From the NCBI GenBank assembly GCA_041674405.1, contig JBAYVT010000001.1:1-32000 (forward strand): DNA of 32,000 nt. The letters are read 5' to 3'. A program made the position numbers and the translations under genes. Within the stretch, counting starts at the first letter, position 1; each line of letters starts with the position of its first letter. Below, piece after piece: positions 1-8,029 of the stretch. Source of the DNA: Patescibacteria group bacterium. GTDB lineage: Bacteria; Patescibacteriota; UBA1384; XYA2-FULL-43-10. A model generated the notes under the pieces. It searched no databases and was not told the DNA's origin. It saw only the letters and a list, made by a program, of their open reading frames with translations.

Positions 1-195
1 TAATTTAATTATATCGCACTAATCCTTTGAGTTTCCTTAAAGTTATACACAAATTTCAATGATTAAGCAGGCTAAATAAAAATTGTGTTAAAAAAAAGGT
101 GCCCATTCGGGTCACCATAATCCGTAATCAATATAATCTTAATCACGAATATTGTCAATAGAAATGATGTAACTTGACCTAATTTATGGTTTTGA

Positions 196-606
196 CTAGG
201 AAAAATAAAAGACTTCCGAACCTGCGAACTTTTTAAAACCTGCTTTTGTGTAAAATTCAGGTAAATTTGCATCTGCGGGATCGGTATTTATCCAAATGCG
301 ACAAACCTTTAAGTTTGAATAGTAAGCACAAGCCTTTTTTAAAAGACTGGTGCCAATCCCCTGTCCTCTAAATTTCTTACCGACAAAAAGATCTACAAGA
401 TAAACAAATCTTGTTTTGTCTGAGATAGTGCGTATTGCCCCAACGATATTTTTTCCGGCTTTATAGATAAAAATACAATCGGAATTTGATAAAAAATTTT
501 TTACAAATTTTGGATCTCCGTAGTTTTTTGCCACATAAAATTGAATAATCTGTTCAAAATTATCTGAGATATTTAGTTTTCCCTCAGTAATATCGAAGAT
601 AGTCAT
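196..606 (-). CDS. GNAT-family N-acetyltransferase
   Basis: 136 aa; acetyl-CoA binding motif region VDLFVGKKFRGQGIGTSLLKKACAYY and C-terminal NLPEFYTKAGFKKF typical of GNAT proteins. Confidence 0.85.
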   Translation of the reverse strand: MTIFDITEGKLNISDNFEQIIQFYVAKNYGDPKFVKNFLSNSDCIFIYKAGKNIVGAIRTISDKTRFVYLVDLFVGKKFRGQGIGTSLLKKACAYYSNLKVCRIWINTDPADANLPEFYTKAGFKKFAGSEVFYFS

Positions 607-609
607 ATG

Positions 610-1248
610 TTATTTCAAAAGTGTATCAATTTGCGAAGGAATAGTACTTGGGTCTTCAACATATTGGCCATTCAAAAATACGCTTGGTGTTCCACCAAGA
701 TTTAATGCCTGGGCATCGGAATTATCTTTGTCAATAATATTCTGGACTTCTGAGCTGTTTAGATCTGAATCGAATTTTGTAATATCAAGCCCGATTGATT
801 TGGCCATAGCATCCATTGTTGTCTGGTCACCGGTTTGATAGCTTTCAAAAATTGCATCGTCTGCTTGATCGAATTTGTCCTGCTTATTTGCAGCCTCAGC
901 AGCTTTTGCCATGATCACGGCCTGTTGGTGAATGATAAAAGTGCGGTGATACATTACTACATCATTCGGATGGGCAGCGACAATAGATTTCAGTGTTTCG
1001 TGTAGGCTTTTGCAATAAGGGCAGAGATAATCAGAAAAAACTACAATTTTCACCTTTGCGTCAACCGATCCTATGTGGGCGGCATCATCACGATAAATTA
1101 AAGATTCATCATTTTTTATGTCACTGCTTTGGGGGCTTTCGTCTGTACTTTCGGGACCTTTGCTCTTGTTTGGAAGTGCAAGAATCACTCCACCGGCGAT
1201 CAAAATTATAATTATTATAAGAATTATCCAATTACCAGCATTTTTCAT
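610..1248 (-). CDS. DsbA-like thiol:disulfide oxidoreductase (thioredoxin fold) with N-terminal membrane anchor
   Basis: CPYC motif in VVFSDYLCPYCKSLHETL, C-terminal GTPSVFLNGQ cis-Pro region, N-terminal hydrophobic helix. Track ORF starts at 1308, but the ATG at 1248 has an AGGAGC Shine-Dalgarno (start MKNAGNWIILIIIII). Confidence 0.85.
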   Translation of the reverse strand: MKNAGNWIILIIIIILIAGGVILALPNKSKGPESTDESPQSSDIKNDESLIYRDDAAHIGSVDAKVKIVVFSDYLCPYCKSLHETLKSIVAAHPNDVVMYHRTFIIHQQAVIMAKAAEAANKQDKFDQADDAIFESYQTGDQTTMDAMAKSIGLDITKFDSDLNSSEVQNIIDKDNSDAQALNLGGTPSVFLNGQYVEDPSTIPSQIDTLLK

Positions 1249-1434
1249 CTTGCTCCTAAAAATTACTTTTGTAACCAAAAGTTTAACAAAAAATAGAATA
1301 TACTTCAAACATATCTTTACTCTGTTTATTTCTCCTTAAAAAAAATTTCTTGTTTGTTTATATCAAAATATCAAAACGACCCAACTAAAATTCGCGCTGG
1401 ATCATTTTGAAGAGCTCAAAATATTAGAAAAGAG

Positions 1435-1593
1435 CTACATCTCTTTATTCGAACCCGCACCCCAAAATCCTAGAATTGCAATAATGAGGCCGGTAATTAC
1501 CAAAACCCATTTGTTTGCTGCGCTGGACATGTTGAGATATGGTTCGATAATCACCCATATGCCCAGAATACCAATTACCCAAGCTTGCCACAT
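1435..1593 (-). CDS. Small two-TM membrane protein resembling SPW-repeat proteins (not in ORF track)
   Basis: 52 aa ORF read directly: MWQAWVIGILGIWVIIEPYLNMSSAANKWVLVITGLIIAILGFWGAGSNKEM; strong SD (AGGAAAGGAG) 6-7 nt upstream; co-directional with upstream heliorhodopsin. Confidence 0.7.
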   Translation of the reverse strand: MWQAWVIGILGIWVIIEPYLNMSSAANKWVLVITGLIIAILGFWGAGSNKEM

Positions 1594-1702
1594 ATTAGCT
1601 CCTTTCCTAAATTATTCGACCTTTTCTCGATCTTATAACAAAGCTAGAGCTAATTCTTCAGTAGATTCTACAATGCACCAACGCTGGGTTATTGATACTT
1701 GC

Positions 1703-2464
1703 TTACGGGCGCAGCGTTCCGGCGAAGACTTGCCAAGCAAGCAAAGATTTGGCGACTAAACTCAGTATTATGTATGCCCTTTCGCCATAAAGATAATCCG
1801 CCCACTTGCCAACTTTTTTGTATTGTAGAATTTGGTTTATCGCAAAGCTGTTGAAGAAAACAAAGATTGAAAAATAAATCCAGTAGACAAAATCTGGTGC
1901 TTTGTTCTCTCCACCGCCGGCACCGAATAAATATATCGCGATAGCCGCCCAAGGAATGATTCCGGCGATACAGCCAAAAACAAACGAAGTCCAATTTGTC
2001 TTTTCTGTTGACTGGTTATGAAGCTCCATCATCCAACCAAAAAGAATCATACTTGCATTGACACCGACAAAGGCAATTAAAGTTGCAATATCATAAATAC
2101 CAACCAACATGGCGATAACGACGATCATCAAAGATGAAGAAATCGAGTATTCAATCCAACGGAAAAAGTTGATGTGCTTCGCTAAATTCTTATTGTAAAT
2201 TGCATTCAAGCCCGGCAGAGTGATTAAAAGGTGAAAAAACGCCGAGAGAAACAAAAATGATGCAACCAAGGGGCCAATTTTCAGATCAGCCAAAGTTTCC
2301 GGCGTTGGCACTAACTTTTTGACTGCGACATCAAATTTCAAAAATGATGCCGTAACCGGCAACGAGAACGTGCTCGAAACAATAAGCATCACAATGCCTT
2401 GTCCAAGATGCAGAAGAAACATAACAAGGTTGAATTTGCGCAGACCCTTAAGTTTTGCTTCCAT
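1703..2464 (-). CDS. Heliorhodopsin
   Basis: 253 aa seven-TM protein; RWIEYSISSSLMI (counterion Glu105), FGWMMELHN, and LSLVAKSLLAWQ (Schiff-base Lys239 in TM7), all heliorhodopsin hallmarks; SD GGGAGG upstream of ATG. Confidence 0.93.
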   Translation of the reverse strand: MEAKLKGLRKFNLVMFLLHLGQGIVMLIVSSTFSLPVTASFLKFDVAVKKLVPTPETLADLKIGPLVASFLFLSAFFHLLITLPGLNAIYNKNLAKHINFFRWIEYSISSSLMIVVIAMLVGIYDIATLIAFVGVNASMILFGWMMELHNQSTEKTNWTSFVFGCIAGIIPWAAIAIYLFGAGGGENKAPDFVYWIYFSIFVFFNSFAINQILQYKKVGKWADYLYGERAYIILSLVAKSLLAWQVFAGTLRP

Positions 2465-2481
2465 ACAACCTCCCCATTATT

Positions 2482-3246
2482 TTATCTTTCAATTTCCTGG
2501 CGCTTAAATATGAAAATCGAAATTATCATAAAAAGTATGATGATTGCGATTGTGGTGATCAACGACGGCAAATAATCATGTGGGGAAAGGCCGGTAAAAA
2601 TGTCTTTGTAATTTGTCATTATATTACCTGGCAAAATTTTTTTGATTTCCTTGATAAGAGAAAGAATTATTGTGATTACTATCTGAATGCCGAACGAAAT
2701 AAATGCGGCAACAATTTGATTGCTTGTAAATGCGCTGCATAGAATTGTGGTTGCTGTGATGAAAAGGAGATAAACAAAAAATATTGATGCAAGCAATGAG
2801 AAAAGAGCGAATGAAAATGATCCAAAAATGACAATGGTGTAGGCGTAAAAAATAAGTGACGAAGCGATATAGATCACCGCAAGCACTGAATAAGCGGCAA
2901 AAAATTTAGAAAGAACAAACTTTGCCCTCGAGACCGGTTTGGTGAGAACAACTTCAAGAGTTTTTTTATTCTTTTCCTCGGCGATGATACCAGCAAAGAC
3001 AAACACCAAAACTAATAATGCGATTTGGCTTATATTTTTGACAAACTGATCGATGGAATCTCTCCATGTTGGCTCGGGCAATTGAATTGAAAGACCCGGA
3101 GTTTGTGGAATATTTTTTAAGAGCTCGGGCGTAATTTTAGCTAGTGCTGGTGAGGCAAAAGCAATGAAGAGAAACAAAATTACTAAAATTAGTAACTTCT
3201 TGGTTCTTATTATTTCTAAAATTTCTTTTCCAAATAGTGCATTCAT
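2482..3246 (-). CDS. ABC-2 type transporter permease
   Basis: 254 aa; multi-TM, with the intracellular EEKNKKTLEVVLTKPVSRAKFVLSKF motif of ABC-2/NosY-like permeases; adjacent to ATPase. Confidence 0.85.
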   Translation of the reverse strand: MNALFGKEILEIIRTKKLLILVILFLFIAFASPALAKITPELLKNIPQTPGLSIQLPEPTWRDSIDQFVKNISQIALLVLVFVFAGIIAEEKNKKTLEVVLTKPVSRAKFVLSKFFAAYSVLAVIYIASSLIFYAYTIVIFGSFSFALFSLLASIFFVYLLFITATTILCSAFTSNQIVAAFISFGIQIVITIILSLIKEIKKILPGNIMTNYKDIFTGLSPHDYLPSLITTIAIIILFMIISIFIFKRQEIER

Positions 3247-4172
3247 TATTTCCCCTTTCTGACCAAATCAAGGAATAAATCTTCGATTTCTGGAAGTTTG
3301 ATGCCATAAGAATAAATACCGACCGACTCATCGGCAAAAAATTTAATCGGTAGATTTTTCCTTACATCATCTTCACTTCTTAGCCAAATTTTAGCAGACG
3401 TAGCATCAACTTCGACCCTGAGTGCCCACGGTACCTTTTTTAGCTTGGGAACGAGTTTAGCCGGATTTTCGGAAAATTCGACGTACAATATCAGCTTGGT
3501 GTATTTTTCTTTAAGTTCCGGTAAGGACGAGGCAGCAGCGATCTTGCCCTCATTTATAATTACGACATCGTCGCAGATTTTATCGACATCAGAGAGAATA
3601 TGGGTGGATAGAAAAATCGTCTTATTGGCTGAAAGTGTTTGAATAACGTTCAAGACTTCTTTGCGTCCGATCGGGTCCAAGGCAGAAACCGGTTCGTCGA
3701 GGATCAAAATTTTCGGGTCATTAATAAGCGCTTGGGCAATGCCGAGGCGCTGTTTCATGCCGCCCGAGTATGCGCCAATACGTTTATTTTGGGCATTTTC
3801 AAGGTTGACGAGTTTTAAAACCTCGGTGATCTTGGTTTTCTGCTGCTTTTTAGAAATGTTGAATGTGTCAGCAATAAATGAAAGATATTCTTTTCCCTTC
3901 ATCCAATTGTAAAATGCCGGAAGTTCTGGCAAGTAGCCGAAAAGATTATTTAGCCCAGAATTACCGAATTCAATTTTATTGTCATTTAGTGATATTTCGC
4001 CGGAGGTTGGCTTTGAAAGTCCGACGATCATCCGAAGCGTTGTCGTCTTTCCTGCCCCGTTCGGCCCGAGAAAACCGACAACACGGTTATTCTCAACATT
4101 AAATGAAATATTATCGACAGCGGTGAAATTGCCAAATTTTTTTGTAAGATTTTTGACAGATATTACGCTCAT
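3246..4172 (-). CDS. ABC transporter ATP-binding protein
   Basis: 308 aa; Walker A GPNGAGKTT, signature YSGGMKQRLGIAQAL, Walker B ILILDEP, H-loop STHILSD. Confidence 0.95.
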   Translation of the reverse strand: MSVISVKNLTKKFGNFTAVDNISFNVENNRVVGFLGPNGAGKTTTLRMIVGLSKPTSGEISLNDNKIEFGNSGLNNLFGYLPELPAFYNWMKGKEYLSFIADTFNISKKQQKTKITEVLKLVNLENAQNKRIGAYSGGMKQRLGIAQALINDPKILILDEPVSALDPIGRKEVLNVIQTLSANKTIFLSTHILSDVDKICDDVVIINEGKIAAASSLPELKEKYTKLILYVEFSENPAKLVPKLKKVPWALRVEVDATSAKIWLRSEDDVRKNLPIKFFADESVGIYSYGIKLPEIEDLFLDLVRKGK

Positions 4173-4378
4173 TCTTCATCCGTTCTTCCGATCAATAGAT
4201 ATAGAATCGGGCCGATAATATTGATCAAGATAATTATCAAAAGCCAAGCGACGGGTGATAAGTTTTTTGTTTTCCATTTGCGAGCCAAGTCAACTACGGC
4301 GTAGACCATAAGCCCAAGCTCGATAATGGCTATTGGCAGCGCCAAAAGCAAAATTTGTGAAACATTTGTAGTATCCAT
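4169..4378 (-). CDS. PLDc_N (phospholipase D nuclease N-terminal)-like small membrane protein
   Basis: 69 aa, two TMs; pattern ALVDLARK...WLLIIILINIIGPILYLLIGR typical of the family; overlaps ATPase start by 4 nt. Confidence 0.7.
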   Translation of the reverse strand: MDTTNVSQILLLALPIAIIELGLMVYAVVDLARKWKTKNLSPVAWLLIIILINIIGPILYLLIGRTDEE

Positions 4379-4415
4379 TTGACTCCTTGATTACAATGAA
4401 ATCATATCAGAGCAA

Positions 4416-4853
4416 TTATGACTTAGTAAAGCCTGTAAATTGACCTAAAGCCAAAATGCAAAAGTCAAGATAATAAGTTAAAATCAATAAAGTTTTTCCT
4501 TCATTTTCCTTGGCACGGGACAGAAGGAGATGAGTAATTAGTTTCTTTGGAATTTTTTGGTTAAATTTTATCTGAATAGTTTTCTTGCCGGTGGCATAGC
4601 CCATAGTTTCTAATTCTTGGCGGGATTTATCATCGAGAACGAATGCTAAACCGAAAGCTATGTGATTTTTGAAAGTGGAGAAACCAGCTAAGAGACCATG
4701 ATACTTATAAAACGGCACTCCCCAGCTGATGGATTCTGAGGCATTGGGCACTGCGGATTTAATAACAGATCTAATTTCTCTCGAGATTGGCTGTGCTTCA
4801 TCTGGAGTATTCTTGATGTATTCATCCACATTTTTTGCTTCATAATTTCTCAT
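4416..4853 (-). CDS. DUF1801-like protein
   Basis: N-terminal ~115 aa match the DUF1801 pattern (VDEYIKNTPDEAQPISREIRSVIKSAVPNASESISWGVPFYKYHG); C-terminus divergent. Confidence 0.7.
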   Translation of the reverse strand: MRNYEAKNVDEYIKNTPDEAQPISREIRSVIKSAVPNASESISWGVPFYKYHGLLAGFSTFKNHIAFGLAFVLDDKSRQELETMGYATGKKTIQIKFNQKIPKKLITHLLLSRAKENEGKTLLILTYYLDFCILALGQFTGFTKS

Positions 4854-4875
4854 GTACCAATCCGATATTTGATTA

Positions 4876-4904
4876 ATTATTAGCTCGAGAATATAATTAT
4901 ATTG
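4876..4904 (+). promoter_or_regulatory. Predicted sigma70-type promoter for the FN3 surface protein
   Basis: TTGATT-N17-TATAAT read upstream of the 4943 gene; coordinates approximate to a few nt. Confidence 0.6.
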
Positions 4905-4942
4905 TTTTTATATCAATGTAGATTTTCCTAAGGGAGGGAAAA

Positions 4943-6067
4943 ATGAGAAAGTTCTCAATTGCTATTGTGGCGGCGCTCATGCTGTCGTTATTTGGCTTTT
5001 CAGGTCCGGAGAAGGCAAAGGCCGACACAGTGATTGCACCGCCGTGTAATTTTTCCTCACAGACGCTTCTTGGAAGCAATTATCTGGCTCAGACTTTTGT
5101 GCCTGGTGTGGATAATATTGATAATGTTGGAATTTTGGTCGGAAATTTCAGTGCTAGTTCGGTAAAATTTAATCTGATGCTGACTGGACCGAACGGACAA
5201 GTTCTTGCAACACGACCGACTTCGCTTTCCGGTAATTTCGCTTGGCCATATCGTTATATTGATCCTCAATTTTCGATTCCATCTACAAGGACTGGAACAT
5301 ATGTGATCTGGGTCTACCCATATACCGGATATGAAAATAATGAATTATATGTAAAAGGTTCTGCATTTAGTGATGAGAGCTGTTATCCGAACGGCGGAGC
5401 ATATCAAAATATTTTTACCAATTTACACCGTGATTTTAGCTTCGTAGTTTTTGGGCACAATAATGATGCTTCAGCTCCCGAAGTAGTTGAAGCACCAGCA
5501 GACCAACAACCGCCTGTCGATAATCAGTCTCTGCCAGCTGCTGACCAGCCGTCTGGAACATCTTCTGATACAGCAACGACAAACGCAACAGAAAAGTCGA
5601 GCAATTCACCAAAAGATTTGACTGCCAAATGGGACGAAAACGCAAACGCGGTAAACTTGTCATGGAGTGTGTCGTCACTTTCCGGGCTTAGCGGATATGA
5701 AATTTATAAAACCAATTCGACCGAGAACACATTCTCCAAGCTTGGGACGACAACCAAAGACGTTCTTTCTTACCAGGACAAAGATGTCAAATACGGAGAG
5801 TCGTATTTGTATTATGTTGTTGGGGTGGCGGGAACAGCTGTTTCTGATAGTTCCAACACAGTCTCGTTCCTTGTTGATGATCAAGGCATAAAGCCATCGA
5901 CTCCGCTTCCCGGTGAACAAAATGAGAGTTTTTGGCAAAAGGTTGGAAATAATATCGTAAATAATCAAGTATATTTGCTTGGGGCATCAGCATTGCTCTT
6001 AACTCTTCTCCTTATTCTTGAGGTTATTGAACGAATCCGAAAACGATCTCAAAAGAATCGTCTCTAG
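4943..6067 (+). CDS. Secreted/cell-surface protein with fibronectin type III-like domain and C-terminal membrane anchor
   Basis: 374 aa; signal peptide MRKFSIAIVAALMLSLFGFSG, FN3-like segment (LTAKWDENANAVNLSWSVSSLSGLSGYEIYKT...YLYYVVGVAG), terminal TM plus basic tail; SD AGGGAGGG. Confidence 0.75.
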   Translation: MRKFSIAIVAALMLSLFGFSGPEKAKADTVIAPPCNFSSQTLLGSNYLAQTFVPGVDNIDNVGILVGNFSASSVKFNLMLTGPNGQVLATRPTSLSGNFAWPYRYIDPQFSIPSTRTGTYVIWVYPYTGYENNELYVKGSAFSDESCYPNGGAYQNIFTNLHRDFSFVVFGHNNDASAPEVVEAPADQQPPVDNQSLPAADQPSGTSSDTATTNATEKSSNSPKDLTAKWDENANAVNLSWSVSSLSGLSGYEIYKTNSTENTFSKLGTTTKDVLSYQDKDVKYGESYLYYVVGVAGTAVSDSSNTVSFLVDDQGIKPSTPLPGEQNESFWQKVGNNIVNNQVYLLGASALLLTLLLILEVIERIRKRSQKNRL

Positions 6068-6084
6068 AAAATTAAGGTTGCTAA

Positions 6085-6120
6085 ATTCAAAGATCCGCCT
6101 AGCTAGGCGGATCTTTGAAT
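6085..6120. terminator. 36-nt perfect palindrome downstream of surface protein gene, probable terminator
   Basis: attcaaagatccgcctag|ctaggcggatctttgaat, 18-bp arms with no spacer. Confidence 0.65.
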
Positions 6121-6148
6121 TTGTTGCCCGTTATATTTTGTATGTAGA

Positions 6149-6177
6149 TTGACACACGATCAATATTGTGTTATTAT
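6149..6177 (+). promoter_or_regulatory. Predicted promoter of GC-rich cassette 1
   Basis: TTGACA-N17-TATTAT with TGT directly before the -10. Confidence 0.65.
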
Positions 6178-6220
6178 TCGCCAGTGTCGGACTACTACTT
6201 CGCAGCCATGGAGGATTATC

Positions 6221-6646
6221 TTGAAACCCGAAGAAGTGAAAGCATTGGCAAGTTGTTTTGTCAATCGGTGTGAGCAAGCGTTCGTCGACAATCCGCAGGG
6301 CCCGCAACTGCGCGTGTTCGAAAGAGGTGGACGATGGTATGCGGGTGTGATCCTGCGTATTTGCCGAGATATCGACACCTCAGTTGTGCTTGTAGTGCTA
6401 AGTGAGCATTTGCAGCTTGAGGTAGTCGAGGAAATCAAGCGAATGCGCCCCGGGGTCGATGTCGTGACGATCGCAAGATCTGTGAGAGTCAGAGTGTCAT
6501 CCTTTGTTGCGCGACTGGAATCCGGCGTATTGCTTTGCTTGACCGGAAGGCAAGCCGGTTTCCTCCAGTCGCTTCTCGTCACACTACCCGTGAGCGCAAT
6601 TCCCCTCGCACTCAGCCGCACAACCGAATCCGCAGCCGGCAACTAG
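6221..6646 (+). CDS. GC-rich orphan protein, cassette 1 (hypothetical)
   Basis: 141 aa from TTG start preceded by GGAGG (6 nt spacer); coding pattern and GC distinct from neighbours. Track ORF starts at 6149, inside the predicted promoter. Confidence 0.6.
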   Translation: MKPEEVKALASCFVNRCEQAFVDNPQGPQLRVFERGGRWYAGVILRICRDIDTSVVLVVLSEHLQLEVVEEIKRMRPGVDVVTIARSVRVRVSSFVARLESGVLLCLTGRQAGFLQSLLVTLPVSAIPLALSRTTESAAGN

Positions 6647-6666
6647 CCGGTACTGAAGTACTGGGA

Positions 6667-6687
6667 GAGCACGGCTTCGCCGTGCTC
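6667..6687 (+). terminator. Terminator-like hairpin of cassette 1
   Basis: GAGCACGGC-TTC-GCCGTGCTC followed by CTTTC. Confidence 0.6.
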
Positions 6688-6715
6688 CTTTCAGTTATTA
6701 GATCGTTTTTAAGAG

Positions 6716-6928
6716 TTACATATGCAAAAGTGTAAAAACCTTGTAAATCAGAAGCGCGGGCCAAACGATTGCTTTCAGAAAGCCTAAGACCCCCCACCAA
6801 AACGTATCTGCTTGCTGAATAAAATACACTGCAGCGCCGATGAATGCCAGTCCGTAAGCACCACCAAATATTCCATTGGCGCTTCCCTTGCCTTTACTAA
6901 CCTTCAATTCACATTTTTCTTTTGCCAT
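6716..6928 (-). CDS. Small membrane protein (hypothetical)
   Basis: 70 aa; glycine-rich start, two hydrophobic helices, LKAIVWPALLIYKVF. Confidence 0.6.
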   Translation of the reverse strand: MAKEKCELKVSKGKGSANGIFGGAYGLAFIGAAVYFIQQADTFWWGVLGFLKAIVWPALLIYKVFTLLHM

Positions 6929-6988
6929 AATTCTCCCTTATTAATTATATTTAGAATATACATCACAAGTATTGGTGACGAAAATATT

Positions 6989-7207
6989 TTATTCTCCAAT
7001 ATCATCTTTCAATTTCCTTATAGACATTGCTCGGATATCTTTGAGAGCAATCACTCGCCCATCTCCAAGGAGAACCTTACCGCTTTTATGGTCAGCAAAT
7101 TTGCCTGTGGTAACCTCACCGGTCCGATACTTTATCCAGATAGTAGTACCTTTAGGGTAACTTGTATGCATATTTAGGGCTTTTTTGGAGTTATTGTTGC
7201 CAAACAA
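6989..7207 (-). CDS. Hypothetical protein
   Basis: 72 aa ORF, overlapping the end of the upstream co-directional ORF (7174..7884). Confidence 0.45.
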   Translation of the reverse strand: MFGNNNSKKALNMHTSYPKGTTIWIKYRTGEVTTGKFADHKSGKVLLGDGRVIALKDIRAMSIRKLKDDIGE

Positions 7208-7884
7208 TCTTTTTGGTCAAATGTTCCTATTCCAATCTGGCGTACAGACATGCCTTGATCGTCATTTACATCATGGATTAGGCCCTCATTGGTTGCAATT
7301 GTGCGCAAGCTAGAAACAAGAATGATTGCATTTTCACGTTGCTCTGGTGGTATTTCAGCAGTAAGACCATTTTTGGCTTCGTAATAATCACTCATCCAGT
7401 AATACTCTGGTTTCGGCGATTCAGAGGGTTGTGTAACCCGAAAAAACAACACGAGATCAGGATTTATTTTTTCATCACCAAGCGCTTCGAGGTTAACTTG
7501 ATATCCAGTCTCACTTTGCCTTACTTGTCCATCGTTATGAGGTGTTTCGGGTATAGTGACCTCTTTACCCAAGAAACCGCTTACATCTCCACCCCATCTT
7601 TTTTTACGCGCTTTATAAGCAAAATCTGAAAAAGCCATTGAATGAGCAATCAGTTCTGCCATTCTATTATCGGAAGATCTGATATTCTCGGGCAATGATT
7701 CGTAAAGGTCCGGATCTTCAAAATACTCCGCCACCATGGGGTTTATTATTATTCCTTGAGCTTTCAAAAAATCACAAATCTTTAATACCTGTTCTTCTGC
7801 TTTTTTCTCACGATCAATAGGAGGCAATTCTGCGCTATTGAAAGGAGATTGTTCAACACTACCGTAGTCATTTGCTTTTCTCAT
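7174..7884 (-). CDS. Hypothetical protein
   Basis: 236 aa soluble ORF, coding-like composition, no motif recognised. Confidence 0.65.
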   Translation of the reverse strand: MRKANDYGSVEQSPFNSAELPPIDREKKAEEQVLKICDFLKAQGIIINPMVAEYFEDPDLYESLPENIRSSDNRMAELIAHSMAFSDFAYKARKKRWGGDVSGFLGKEVTIPETPHNDGQVRQSETGYQVNLEALGDEKINPDLVLFFRVTQPSESPKPEYYWMSDYYEAKNGLTAEIPPEQRENAIILVSSLRTIATNEGLIHDVNDDQGMSVRQIGIGTFDQKDCLATITPKKP

Positions 7885-8029
7885 ACTATCCTTTTATTTG
7901 GCTATTAAGACCATGCCGGTAATAATTAAACATATTGCTAAAAATTCCGTTCGCCAGGAATAAAAAAGTAATTCAGTTCACATTTATATTCTCATAATAT
8001 GAAAAATAATTGAACTGGAATGCCTGAAT

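Noticed and set aside
1484-1759. Plus-strand 91-aa ORF
   Set aside because: Overlaps the better-supported minus-strand 52-aa SPW-like gene and the end of heliorhodopsin; no SD or family features.
6160-6642. Minus-strand 160-aa ORF opposite cassette 1
   Set aside because: The plus strand has promoter, GGAGG and terminator; the minus ORF lacks such signals.
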